From: Candidatus Desulfovibrio kirbyi | GTDB lineage: Bacteria > Desulfobacterota > Desulfovibrionia > Desulfovibrionales > Desulfovibrionaceae | NCBI GenBank assembly: GCA_013374015.1 | Contig: BLLL01000012.1 | Coordinates: 11,712-75,711 of the forward strand | Length of the DNA stretch: 64,000 nt | Reading direction: 5' to 3' | Shown here: piece by piece, positions 1 through 8,908 of the stretch | Layout: every line of letters starts with the position of its first letter | Position numbering within the stretch: the first letter of the stretch is position 1 | The notes under the pieces: generated by a model | The model's database searches: none | What the model was told of the DNA's origin: nothing | The model's input: only the letters and a program-made list of their open reading frames with translations | Made by a program: the position numbers and the translations under genes

Positions 1-1
1 C

Positions 2-154
2 AGCATGAGCGTCTTTTCCCGTGGCGTGGAGATGCCCTTTGTTCTCGTGCTGCTTGCGTTGGTGGCGTCCTTTGTCGTAACTCTGCTGGCGTCCCTGATT
101 CCTGTCTCCATGTCGACCGATGTTGAACCCGCCCTTGTCCTGAGGGGCGAATAA
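2..154 (+). CDS. ABC transporter permease, C-terminal end (FtsX/MacB-like), truncated by window edge
   Basis: The open frame from the window edge ends at TAA 152-154. Its hydrophobic C-terminal TM segment (FVLVLLALVASFVVTLLASLIPV) lies directly upstream of an ABC ATPase. Confidence 0.45.
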   Translation, partial: SMSVFSRGVEMPFVLVLLALVASFVVTLLASLIPVSMSTDVEPALVLRGE

Positions 155-168
155 AAGGACCAAGGACA

Positions 169-843
169 ATGAATATTCTCAAGCTGAATGACGTTTCAAT
201 GGTGTACGGTTCTGTCAGGGCACTGCAAAATGTCAGTTTTGCGGTGCGGCCCGGGGAATGGGTTGCCATTATGGGCGCGTCAGGGTCCGGAAAGACAACG
301 ATGATGAATATTGTCGGTTGCATGAACAAAGCCACGCACGGCTCCGTGGTTTTGGACGGGGAAAATCTCTCACGGCTTAACGCCGGGGATTTGACAGCCA
401 TCCGCAGGGATAAAATAGGATTGATATTTCAGCAGTTTTATTTGATATCGTATCTCACGGCTGTGGAAAATGTCATGATTGCCCAGTATTATCACAGCGT
501 TGTTGATGAGAAGGAAGCCATGCAGGCGCTTGAGCGCGTTGGGCTTGCACCCAGGGCAAAACACTTGCCCCATCAGCTCTCAGGCGGTGAACAGCAGCGT
601 TTGTGCATAGCCCGCGCTTTGATCAACTACCCCAGACTGATTTTGGCCGACGAACCAACAGGCAATCTTGATAAAGCCAACCAGAACACGGTTATGGACA
701 TCTTTCATCAATTGCACAGGGAAGGCAGCACCATTATTGTTGTCACCCACTCTCCCGAAGTGGCGGCGCATGCGCAGCGCGTGCTCAGTCTTGAATTCGG
801 CCGGCTTGTCAAGGACGCTCCAACGCAGCGGCTCTGCGCGTAA
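169..843 (+). CDS. ABC transporter ATP-binding protein (MacB/LolD-like)
   Basis: Contains Walker A GASGSGKTT, ABC signature LSGGEQQR and Walker B LILADEPT, in 224 aa. Confidence 0.9.
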   Translation: MNILKLNDVSMVYGSVRALQNVSFAVRPGEWVAIMGASGSGKTTMMNIVGCMNKATHGSVVLDGENLSRLNAGDLTAIRRDKIGLIFQQFYLISYLTAVENVMIAQYYHSVVDEKEAMQALERVGLAPRAKHLPHQLSGGEQQRLCIARALINYPRLILADEPTGNLDKANQNTVMDIFHQLHREGSTIIVVTHSPEVAAHAQRVLSLEFGRLVKDAPTQRLCA

Positions 844-885
844 TCATTGCGTCAGAGAGCATGTGTTTGGGCAAGGGCAAGGGTG

Positions 886-1296
886 ATGCCGAGAGTCGTT
901 GGCGTGTTGTGTCTGGTGCTTGCCGTGATGGCTACGGCGACCGCTGCTGTCGAAGCGCCCCGCACCCCAACGGAGTTGAACTGGACGAGCCGGCCTGTCC
1001 TGTTCAGCCATCAGATTCATTTTGGAGCGCTTGGCGGCGATGCTGCCACGCAGTGCGCCTCCTGCCATCATCCTGTGGAAGGGGATATTCCCTATAAAAC
1101 CTGCGCGACGCATGACTGTCATGATAATCTGGACAAACGTGACACAAGTCCCCGCTCCTATTATCTGGCAATACATAAGAATAAAAAGGAAAAATACTGG
1201 AGTTGCGTGTCCTGTCACGAACAGCGGGCTGGAGAAGATGTTGAGGCAATAAAAAAAATGGTCGGGTGCAACGCGTCAGTATGCCATAGTTTTTGA
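886..1296 (+). CDS. tetraheme cytochrome c3 (periplasmic)
   Basis: Four heme-binding motifs are arranged in the c3 pattern: CASCH, CATHDCH (CX4CH), CVSCH and CNASVCH (CX4CH). A signal peptide MPRVVGVLCLVLAVMATATA is present. The start was trimmed to ATG 886, in frame with the 847 ORF. Confidence 0.85.
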   Translation: MPRVVGVLCLVLAVMATATAAVEAPRTPTELNWTSRPVLFSHQIHFGALGGDAATQCASCHHPVEGDIPYKTCATHDCHDNLDKRDTSPRSYYLAIHKNKKEKYWSCVSCHEQRAGEDVEAIKKMVGCNASVCHSF

Positions 1297-1582
1297 GACA
1301 TTCACATTCGCTAAGATTTTACAAATATTTTATGAGATACCACAATAAGTTATCATAAAATAGTCATTACGGTCGGTATGTACTATTGAGTAAGAAGGCG
1401 GCAAAAAATCAAAATTTTGTCATTGCAAAAGTGAATGTCTCATTGGCGCATGTCGCAATCGGCTTCAATTTCCGGACGGATTTTGTGTGAAAAAATCTTG
1501 ACCCCGACTGCGGGGCACGCCATTATTGCCCCAAAGGCGATTTTGTGCCGCAGTATTTTTTATAAAACGGGATTTTTTGACT

Positions 1583-2854
1583 ATGGACGACATCTCACGC
1601 GCACTGTTTGAAAAAGCCGGAACATGTATTCCGGGCGGCGTGAACAGCCCCGTGCGCGCCTGCCGCACTGTGGACAGCGTGCCGCTGTTTATCGCAGGGG
1701 CAAAAGGATCGCGCGTCACGGACGTGGACGGGCGTGACTATGTGGACTTTGTGCTTTCCTGGGGCCCCATGATTTTGGGACATGCGGAGCCGTCGGTTGT
1801 GGATGCTGTGTGCAGGGCCGCGGCGCGGGGCACAAGTTTTGGCGCACCCTGCCCGGACGAAGTGGCGCTTGCCGAAGAACTTGTGAGCGCGTTGCCGGGA
1901 GTGGACATGGCGCGCATGGTCAATTCCGGCACCGAGGCGGCCATGAGCGCCCTGCGCCTTGCCCGGGCAGTGACAGGCCGTGACAGACTGCTCAAATTCA
2001 TCGGCTGTTACCACGGTCATGCGGATCCTTTTCTGGCTGCTGCGGGTTCCGGTGTGGCAACGCTCTCCATTCCCGGGACACCGGGCGTGCCGGCGGCTGT
2101 CACGGCGAATACCCTGCTTGCTCCCTACAATGACCTTGGGGCGGCGCGGGCGTGTTTTGAACGGTACGGCGAGACAATCGCGGCTGTTATTGTGGAGCCT
2201 GTCGCTGCCAACATGGGACTTGTGCCGCCTGTGCCGGGCTTTCTTGAGGGCCTGCGCGAACTCGCGTCGCAGTACGGCGCCTTGCTTGTTTTTGACGAAG
2301 TAATAACGGGTTTTCGAGTGGCCTATGGCGGCGCGCAGACGCGTTTTGCCGTTGACCCGGACCTGACCGTGCTCGGCAAAATTGTCGGCGGCGGTCTGCC
2401 CGTAGGCGTGTTTGGCGGTAAACGCTGTTTTATGGAGCATGTGGCCCCGCAGGGGCCCATGTACCAGGCGGGCACACTCTCCGGCAATCCGCTGGCAATG
2501 GCTGCTGGCCTTGCCACGTTGTGCATGCTTAAAACCATGGACTACAGCGCGCTTGAAGATCGCGTTGCCGCCTTTGCGCGGGCATTGGGCGAAATTTTGC
2601 GGGCAAAGGGCGTGCCGGCGCAGACGCCCTGCATTGCCTCCCTGTTTGGTCTGTTTTTCAGTGAGCGGGAAGTGCGCTGTTTTGCGGACGCGCAGTTGTG
2701 CGATCAGAAGCTGTTCACCTGTTTTTATCAGCAGATGCGCGCCCAAGGTATCTACCTTGCCCCTTCAGCCTTTGAAACGGGCATGGTGTCGTTTGCGCAC
2801 AGCGACGAAGATTTTGCGCGCGCTCTGGACGCTGCCGGCAAGGTGCGTTTTTGA
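1583..2854 (+). CDS. hemL: glutamate-1-semialdehyde 2,1-aminomutase
   Basis: N-terminus [26 protein letters not shown] and the class-III aminotransferase core ([10 protein letters not shown]) match HemL. The start was trimmed to ATG 1583. Confidence 0.9.
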   Translation: MDDISRALFEKAGTCIPGGVNSPVRACRTVDSVPLFIAGAKGSRVTDVDGRDYVDFVLSWGPMILGHAEPSVVDAVCRAAARGTSFGAPCPDEVALAEELVSALPGVDMARMVNSGTEAAMSALRLARAVTGRDRLLKFIGCYHGHADPFLAAAGSGVATLSIPGTPGVPAAVTANTLLAPYNDLGAARACFERYGETIAAVIVEPVAANMGLVPPVPGFLEGLRELASQYGALLVFDEVITGFRVAYGGAQTRFAVDPDLTVLGKIVGGGLPVGVFGGKRCFMEHVAPQGPMYQAGTLSGNPLAMAAGLATLCMLKTMDYSALEDRVAAFARALGEILRAKGVPAQTPCIASLFGLFFSEREVRCFADAQLCDQKLFTCFYQQMRAQGIYLAPSAFETGMVSFAHSDEDFARALDAAGKVRF

Positions 2855-3189
2855 ACAGGGACGATTCTCTGGCCTGCTATGTCCTGAGCCGGAAAGCCCT
2901 GCCGCTGGCGCGAACACTGGGGCAGTCCCTTGCCGGATATCCCTTGGCGGACTCCCAGCGGCTCGGAGACGCGAGTGTGCGTGATTTGCGCGCCTGCCCG
3001 CTTTGGCCGACAGGATGTGTGTTCCGTTTCAGCGTCTTGGGGATTTTTTGGCGCAACGGGAATTGCCGTGCGCGCTCTTGCCCCGCTGCTCACGCACAAA
3101 AGTGGGGACCCGCTGTGATCATAGGCAACAGCGAAAGCCGCCAGCTTGGCCGCTACATGCTGACCCCGCGTGGCTACAGGACTACATGA
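2851..3189 (+). pseudogene. decayed CbiG-like (cobalamin biosynthesis) N-terminal fragment
   Basis: The CbiG hallmark FGATGIAVRALAPLLTHKSGDP lies in frame 2 (2930-3118). The flanking CbiG-like pieces SLACYVLSRKALPLARTLG and PAVIIG lie in frame 1. At least two frame switches are therefore needed, and only the N-terminal domain is present. Confidence 0.45.
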
Positions 3190-3212
3190 TTTTTATAGAT
3201 AATTTTTTCTGT

Positions 3213-3228
3213 TGGCGCGTTTTTTGCA
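3213..3228 (+). promoter_or_regulatory. sigma54 (-24/-12) promoter candidate
   Basis: TGGCGCG-TTTT-TTGCA matches the TGGCACG-N4-TTGCW consensus with exact GG/GC spacing. It lies in an AT-rich intergenic region. Confidence 0.5.
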
Positions 3229-3409
3229 AAAACAAGTATGTTTTGCGACTTCCCCATGCGGATTCCGGTACTGAGCCTCAGTTTTTGCGAGGAATTTGCA
3301 GCGTTGTCTATAAACTGATACAGATTTCTGCCGTTAGATTGGTATGCGCAATGCCGCATTTTTGTTGTGTTTTATCTGAGATGGAATTTGATAACAAGAT
3401 GAGGTTCTC

Positions 3410-3721
3410 ATGACTGCCCAGCAGACAAATGATGGCGACATCATTGACCTTACAGAGCTTGTGGAAGCAGGCAACCTTGGGGTTGCTGAAGCGAGCGCGC
3501 CTGAAGAATCCAGCACAGCCTTGGGCATGCTCAACGCGCTGCTGCCGGACAATCTCGAAGAAGGTATGGACAGATTGCTGGATATGGAGAAGCGACTGAT
3601 CAGACTGGAAAGCCGCATGGACAATCTGGTGCTGCAATTCAGCGATCGGGTGGAAAAAGCCGCCGCGAGCGCGGCCGCGCGTATCCTGCGAGAGGAGCTT
3701 GCCGCCCTACTGCGTTCCTGA
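3410..3721 (+). CDS. small acidic hypothetical protein (103 aa), coiled-coil-like C-terminal half
   Basis: The ATG is preceded by GAGG. The protein has an acidic N-terminus followed by a heptad-like segment LLDMEKRLIRLESRMDNLVLQF. I recognise no family. Confidence 0.5.
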   Translation: MTAQQTNDGDIIDLTELVEAGNLGVAEASAPEESSTALGMLNALLPDNLEEGMDRLLDMEKRLIRLESRMDNLVLQFSDRVEKAAASAAARILREELAALLRS

Positions 3722-4702
3722 GCGGCTTTCTGACGTTGGCAATTGACTGGCAAAATGGTCAAACCCAATGGATTCTAATGAGTTGCCGTTGCAGACAATT
3801 TCGGAAGTTTCTGTGACTGTGCCGATACGGCACAGGCCCGGGATTGCCAGCGCGCGTAGCGTTTCCTGTGGGCAACTGCCGAGCAGCGCGTAGTCTTCTC
3901 CGCCGATCACCGCTTCCTGTGCCGGATTTTTGGCGTACATCCCCGCGTAGCGTAAAAGCTCAGGGTGCAGGCTGTCCTCGGGCAGCGCAATGTCGGCGCC
4001 GAAATGTCTGTTGTCTGCGTGCAGCAGACGCGGCAAATCACGCGCAAGCCCGTCGGAAACATCCATGAGCGAAGGCGGACGGGCGGCCTTTGCCAGCGCA
4101 AGCCCCGCTTCTGTTCGCACCTTTGGGCGCAGATGGGCGGCGCAGGCCGCCGGCCAGTCTTCAAGCGCCTTGCGTCCAAGCGTTTCCAGCATGGACAGGC
4201 CGATACGCGCAAGCCCGACAGCCCCTATCAGAAAGATCGCGTCGCCGGGCAGGCTTGTGCCGCGTTTCAAAAAACCGTCCCCGCATTGACCCCAGACGGT
4301 TATGGAAATGTGCAGGCTTCGGCAGCGTGAAAGGTCGCCTCCGGCCAGCGCCATGTTGTGGGCATCGGCAAGGACGCTCATTCCGCTGAAAAAGGCTTCT
4401 AGCCAAGACATCGATATGTCCGGGGGCAGGCCAAGACACAGGCTGAAGGCCAACGGACGCGCCCCGCACGCCGCAAGGTCGCTGATATTGACGGCCAACG
4501 CCTTGTATCCCACGTCTTCAGGCGTGAAATACGCGCGACGAAAATGGACATCCTCCAGAAAAAGATCGCTGCTTGTGCAGAGGCGCGGCGTATTTTCAAG
4601 CAGGGCGCAGTCATCGCCGCGCCCCAGAGCGAGCGAGGGATGACGCTTTGAGAAATAGCCGGAGAGGCATTCCAGGATACGTTCTTCGGAGGAGAGGGGC
4701 AT
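3707..4702 (-). CDS. thiL: thiamine-monophosphate kinase
   Basis: AIR-synthase-like motifs are present: GDDCALL, DVHF and GYKALAVNISDLAACGARP. The start was trimmed to ATG 4702 (MPLSSEERILE). Confidence 0.85.
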   Translation of the reverse strand: MPLSSEERILECLSGYFSKRHPSLALGRGDDCALLENTPRLCTSSDLFLEDVHFRRAYFTPEDVGYKALAVNISDLAACGARPLAFSLCLGLPPDISMSWLEAFFSGMSVLADAHNMALAGGDLSRCRSLHISITVWGQCGDGFLKRGTSLPGDAIFLIGAVGLARIGLSMLETLGRKALEDWPAACAAHLRPKVRTEAGLALAKAARPPSLMDVSDGLARDLPRLLHADNRHFGADIALPEDSLHPELLRYAGMYAKNPAQEAVIGGEDYALLGSCPQETLRALAIPGLCRIGTVTETSEIVCNGNSLESIGFDHFASQLPTSESRSGTQ

Positions 4703-4703
4703 A

Positions 4704-6860
4704 TCAGTCCTCAAAAAACAGGTATTCCCTCAGGATGACCTTGCGCCCGAAGCCGGGGAAATCCACCTGCACCTTGTCCGGTGGCAGACAGCAGACGACT
4801 GCGCCCTTGCCGAAAATGCGGTGACGGCAGGCGCGCCCGGCCTGCCCAGAACTATCGGACGGCGCGGAATGGCTGGCTGCCCTTGCATGGCGCGTACGGG
4901 CTGTCTGTCCTGTCTGGTCGGCATGAGCGGCTCGTTCATGTTTCCGGACAAGCCTTCCTCCGATATTTTCCTGCCATTCTTCGACACAGGCAAAGGGCAG
5001 TTCCCGCACAAAGGGGCTTGGGGCGGCGTGCAGGGCGGCGTGGTCCGCACGGCTGTACAGAGTGGCCGGCGCATACAGATCAAGGCGCTTGCGGGCGCGT
5101 GTGCAGGCAACGTACATAAGGCGACGTTCTTCTTCAAAGTCTTCTGATCGTGCCATGGCGTAACGTGAGGGAAAACGGTCTTCCACAAGATCAATGATCA
5201 GCACGGCGTCCCATTCAAGCCCTTTTGCCGAATGGACAGTAGAAAGCACAACACGCCCCGTGTCGTCCTTTTTGTTGTCGCTGTCTTCCGGCGGCTCCAG
5301 AGCTATGTCCGCCATAAAAATGTCCAGTTCGGTATAGGCGGCCGCCATTTGTACGATTTCTTCCAGCCCTTGGCGGCGTCTGGGCCAGTCTTCGGGAAAA
5401 AGGGTTTCCATTCTCGGGAAATAGTATTCCAGAATGGCGCCGAGCACGTCAACAGGGGGCTGGGAGGCAGCGCGCAGGGTTTCCACAAAGCGCATGTCTT
5501 CAAGTAGCCCGGGGTATCTGGCAAATATTTTTTCCATTGCCTGGTTTGTCAGCAGCGCGTTGTAGATTTTGTTGGCGGTTTTTGGGCCGATGCCCGAATG
5601 CAGGGCCGCAATGCGCGTGAGAGCGGGCATGTCCAGAGGGTTGAGCGCAAGGCGCGCAAAGGCGATGCAGTCCTTGACGTGCGCAGCCTCGGTATAGCGC
5701 AGGCCGCCGTATTTGCGGAAAGGAATCCGTGCGTGCTGGAGCGCCATTTCCAGATGGTAGGAGTGAAAGCCCGCGCGGAACAGCACGGCTATTTCCTGCG
5801 GGGGATATGTGTCCAGTAATTCCTCTATGCGCAAGGTAACAAGCCGTGCCTGCGACATATCGCTCAAGGGTGTGACAAGGCGCGCAGAATCGCCGATTTT
5901 TCGTTTTGTAAAGAGGGTTTTACCATATGATTCCGCTGAGTTGGCCAGCAAAGCGTTGGCGACATCCAGCACCGGCTGTGTGGAACGGTAGTTTTCTTCC
6001 AGGCGGATAACGCGCGTGTCCGGAAAAAGTTTCGGAAAATCCAGAATATTGCGCACGTCCGCGCCGCGAAAGGCGTAGATGGACTGGGCTTCGTCGCCGA
6101 CAACCATCACATTACCGGCGTTGCCGCTGTCCCCGGAAGCAAGCAGACAGGTAATGCGCGCCTGCACAGGGTTTGTGTCCTGGTATTCGTCCACCAGAAT
6201 ATGGGTAAAACGCTGCCGTATGTGCTGTGCCGCCTCCCTGTTGTCACGAAGCAAGACTTCCAGCTCGAACAGCAGATCGTCATAGTCCAGCAGCCGGCCT
6301 TTTCTGCGGTACTCGTTGTAGGCCGCGCCAAGCCTGGTGAAAGCCTCCGCATGTGACAAAAGATGAAAGGCTTCGCGCTCAAGCACTTCGGTGACCGGCA
6401 ATTCCTTGTTGCGCGCCTTGCTCAAAAAAGCCGCAATGTTCTGAGCTTTTGGAAAAGAGCGGTCCCCGTGCCCGATCTTCAGCTCTTCCTTGCAGAGTTT
6501 GACTGCCGCTGTGATATCGCTCGAATCCAGCAGTGTGAAGGGATGCCCGGCGAGGTGGTCGGGTGGCCAGAGGCGCAGCATGGCGTAGGCAAAGGAATGA
6601 AACGTGCCGCCCTGGATTTCGGCAAGCCCCTGTTGCAACAGCACGCCAGCGCGGTCGAGCATTTCGCGCGCCGCCTTGCGGGTAAAGGTGAGCAGCAGGA
6701 TAGATCCCTGCGGCACACCGTGTTCCGCAAGCCAGGCCAGCCTGTACACAATGGCACGTGTTTTGCCGCTGCCCGCGCCAGCCACAACAAGAACAGGTCC
6801 GTCGCCGCTGCTGACAGCCGCGTACTGAGCTTCATTGAGGGTTTTGGCGTAGTCGATCAT
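4704..6860 (-). CDS. UvrD/Rep/PcrA-family ATP-dependent DNA helicase
   Basis: Helicase motifs are present: AGAGSGKT (motif I), DEYQDTN (motif II) and VHSAKGLEWD. The start was trimmed to ATG 6860. Confidence 0.85.
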   Translation of the reverse strand: MIDYAKTLNEAQYAAVSSGDGPVLVVAGAGSGKTRAIVYRLAWLAEHGVPQGSILLLTFTRKAAREMLDRAGVLLQQGLAEIQGGTFHSFAYAMLRLWPPDHLAGHPFTLLDSSDITAAVKLCKEELKIGHGDRSFPKAQNIAAFLSKARNKELPVTEVLEREAFHLLSHAEAFTRLGAAYNEYRRKGRLLDYDDLLFELEVLLRDNREAAQHIRQRFTHILVDEYQDTNPVQARITCLLASGDSGNAGNVMVVGDEAQSIYAFRGADVRNILDFPKLFPDTRVIRLEENYRSTQPVLDVANALLANSAESYGKTLFTKRKIGDSARLVTPLSDMSQARLVTLRIEELLDTYPPQEIAVLFRAGFHSYHLEMALQHARIPFRKYGGLRYTEAAHVKDCIAFARLALNPLDMPALTRIAALHSGIGPKTANKIYNALLTNQAMEKIFARYPGLLEDMRFVETLRAASQPPVDVLGAILEYYFPRMETLFPEDWPRRRQGLEEIVQMAAAYTELDIFMADIALEPPEDSDNKKDDTGRVVLSTVHSAKGLEWDAVLIIDLVEDRFPSRYAMARSEDFEEERRLMYVACTRARKRLDLYAPATLYSRADHAALHAAPSPFVRELPFACVEEWQENIGGRLVRKHERAAHADQTGQTARTRHARAASHSAPSDSSGQAGRACRHRIFGKGAVVCCLPPDKVQVDFPGFGRKVILREYLFFED

Positions 6861-7151
6861 GCGCAACGCCCTAGGGAAAATTTTTTCAGCACGTCGCGCA
6901 CAGTATGCAAGTAAGGGATAATATAAAATTGTGGCAGGTAGAAGGATACAGCTTGCATACGCACTTGTAGCAGAAGCGCCTGATAAAGTAAAATCCTCTC
7001 TGCGCGGGTATTGAACCCGGAACGGGTTTCAGCTAATTTTTGACGAGCGCTTGCCTGCAAAAGCAAGCGCTACAAAACCCGAAGGGTTTTGTGCCGCCGA
7101 AAGCGGCGTAATTCATTTGACCACGACATACTGGGAGTATAGGTTCTGTTC

Positions 7152-8675
7152 ATGCTGGAATTTGTTGTTTGCGTCGCGGGCGCTCTTGTGATGGTGCTGG
7201 AGATGACCGGCGCGCGCCTTATGGCGCCGCACGTCGGCACTTCCGTTATTGTCTGGACAAGCCTTATCGGGGTGATGATGGCCTTTCTGGCGCTTGGCGC
7301 CTGGCTTGGCGGACGCCTTGCCGACAGACGGCTTTCGCTTGGAATTCTTGCGCGTATTCTGTTGTGCGCCGGTTTGGGAGCGGCGGTGACGGTGTTCCTG
7401 CACCATACATTTGGAGCGCGCCTTATGAAAGCCTGCCCCAATGTTTATGTGGGGGCAGTTATAGGGGCTGCGGTGTATTTCGCTCTGCCCACGTTCTTTT
7501 TCGGCATGATACCTCCTTACATTGTGCGTTTGCGCCTCTCGGACATGTCACGCGCCGGGGCTGACGTGGGACGGCTGTACGCGCTCTCCACAGCGGGCAG
7601 CATTGTGGGCACGTTTCTGGGGGGCTTTGTGCTAATTTCGTTTTTTGCCGGCACACAGATACTGCTTGGCATTGCCGCGACCACCGGCCTGCTGTCGCTC
7701 ATTGTCGCGGCTGGCAAAAAAGACCGCGCAAAAAACGCGGCGCTTGTGTTGGTATTTTACGCTCTGAGCTTTGCTGTGGGCAACGGATGTTACAACATAT
7801 GGCGGGAAGGGCGGGAGGGTTTCTTGCCCACGCTGGAAACCCCCTACAATACCATACGCTTGTATGAAAGCAAAGACGCATGCAACCGGCGAGTACGAAT
7901 CGTGCAGACGGATCCCGGCAAGATTCAGTCCGGCATGTATGTGGATGATCCGGTTGCGCTTTTTGCCGAATATACCCGGTACTACGCCATCAGCACGGCC
8001 CTTGCCCCCAAGACACGCCGGGTGCTCATGCTCGGCGGCGGCGGCTATTCCGTACCGCGCTGGCTCTTGGCCGGTCGTAGAAATCTGAAGGATTTTCAAC
8101 TGGATGTTGTGGAGATTGACCCTGGCATGACGCACCTAGCCAAAAAATATTTTCATCTGACTGAGGATCCCCGCATGGTCATCACGCATGAGGACGCCAG
8201 GCGTTTTCTCAACAGCAATGAGAAAAAATACAGTCTGATTTTTGTGGATGTGTTCAACTCGTACTACACAGTGCCGTTTCAGATGGGCACTGTGGAAGCC
8301 GCGCTGGCCATGCGCCGCGCGCTCGCGCCGGACGGCATACTGCTGATGAATGTTATTTCGGCGTTCAGCGGTGAGGATGGCAGGCTCTACCGCGCCATTC
8401 ACTCGGCAATGGCGCAGGTCTTTCCTGAAATACACACCTTTGCTGTGGACATGCTGGAGCCGTTGGGCGCTGTGCAAAACCTCATTTTACTGGCCCTGCC
8501 GAAAAAGCGCCCCGACCTTGCCGCCGCTTTTAATGGGAACGCGCCTGATATGCCGGAAGATATCAGAAACATGCTGCGCACGCGCATTCTTGCGCCCGTG
8601 GCGCGGGACGTGCCTCCCCTGACCGATGATTTCGCCCCTGTTGAGCGGTATTCCAGAACGTTTGCGCGGTACTGA
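7152..8675 (+). CDS. membrane-fused spermidine-synthase-like (PABS/methyltransferase fold) protein
   Basis: A multi-TM N-terminal half is followed by an SAM/PABS-like core (LMLGGGGYSVPRW, VVEIDPGM, DVF). Confidence 0.75.
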   Translation: MLEFVVCVAGALVMVLEMTGARLMAPHVGTSVIVWTSLIGVMMAFLALGAWLGGRLADRRLSLGILARILLCAGLGAAVTVFLHHTFGARLMKACPNVYVGAVIGAAVYFALPTFFFGMIPPYIVRLRLSDMSRAGADVGRLYALSTAGSIVGTFLGGFVLISFFAGTQILLGIAATTGLLSLIVAAGKKDRAKNAALVLVFYALSFAVGNGCYNIWREGREGFLPTLETPYNTIRLYESKDACNRRVRIVQTDPGKIQSGMYVDDPVALFAEYTRYYAISTALAPKTRRVLMLGGGGYSVPRWLLAGRRNLKDFQLDVVEIDPGMTHLAKKYFHLTEDPRMVITHEDARRFLNSNEKKYSLIFVDVFNSYYTVPFQMGTVEAALAMRRALAPDGILLMNVISAFSGEDGRLYRAIHSAMAQVFPEIHTFAVDMLEPLGAVQNLILLALPKKRPDLAAAFNGNAPDMPEDIRNMLRTRILAPVARDVPPLTDDFAPVERYSRTFARY

Positions 8676-8843
8676 CAGTGGTTCAGTTGCCGTTGAGGTT
8701 CTGGTGTCAGGAAACTCACACAATTACCAGATATCATTCGATTTCCAAGTTAACATTGTGACACTTTTGATTTGAAATTGGAATACCTACGCATTGATGG
8801 AAAAATTGCCGGAAGATATGCGGATGAATCTTTGCTTTACAAT

Positions 8844-8871
8844 AATCACGCTTTTTAGTAAAAGCGTGATT
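8844..8871. promoter_or_regulatory. perfect 12-4-12 palindrome (possible operator or 5'-UTR hairpin) upstream of the TauE-like gene
   Basis: The sequence is AATCACGCTTTT-TAGT-AAAAGCGTGATT, 38-65 nt upstream of ATG 8909. No U-tract follows it on either strand. Confidence 0.3.
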
Positions 8872-8908
8872 GTAATGCGCAGCGCGCCAGGCGCTGAAGG
8901 AGGCCCCA

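Noticed and set aside
1595-2746. Long antisense ORFs opposite strong genes. Examples are 1595-2746 vs hemL, 24052-24924 and 25702-26448 vs glyS, 28789-29799 vs the surA-like gene, 45991-47001 vs the nfnB-like gene, 47849-48877 vs the modF-like gene, 53047-54075 vs rplA/rplK, and 55196-56437 vs tuf.
   Set aside because: Their translations are low-complexity and Arg/Ala/Gly/Pro-rich with no motifs. The opposite strand carries unmistakable conserved proteins. They are a GC-bias artefact.
3707-3721. Convergent 3'-end gene overlaps: 15 nt between the small ORF and thiL, and 41 nt between the ModF-like gene and dedA at 49303-49343.
   Set aside because: Short convergent overlaps are common in compact genomes, and nothing suggests a regulatory or recoding role.
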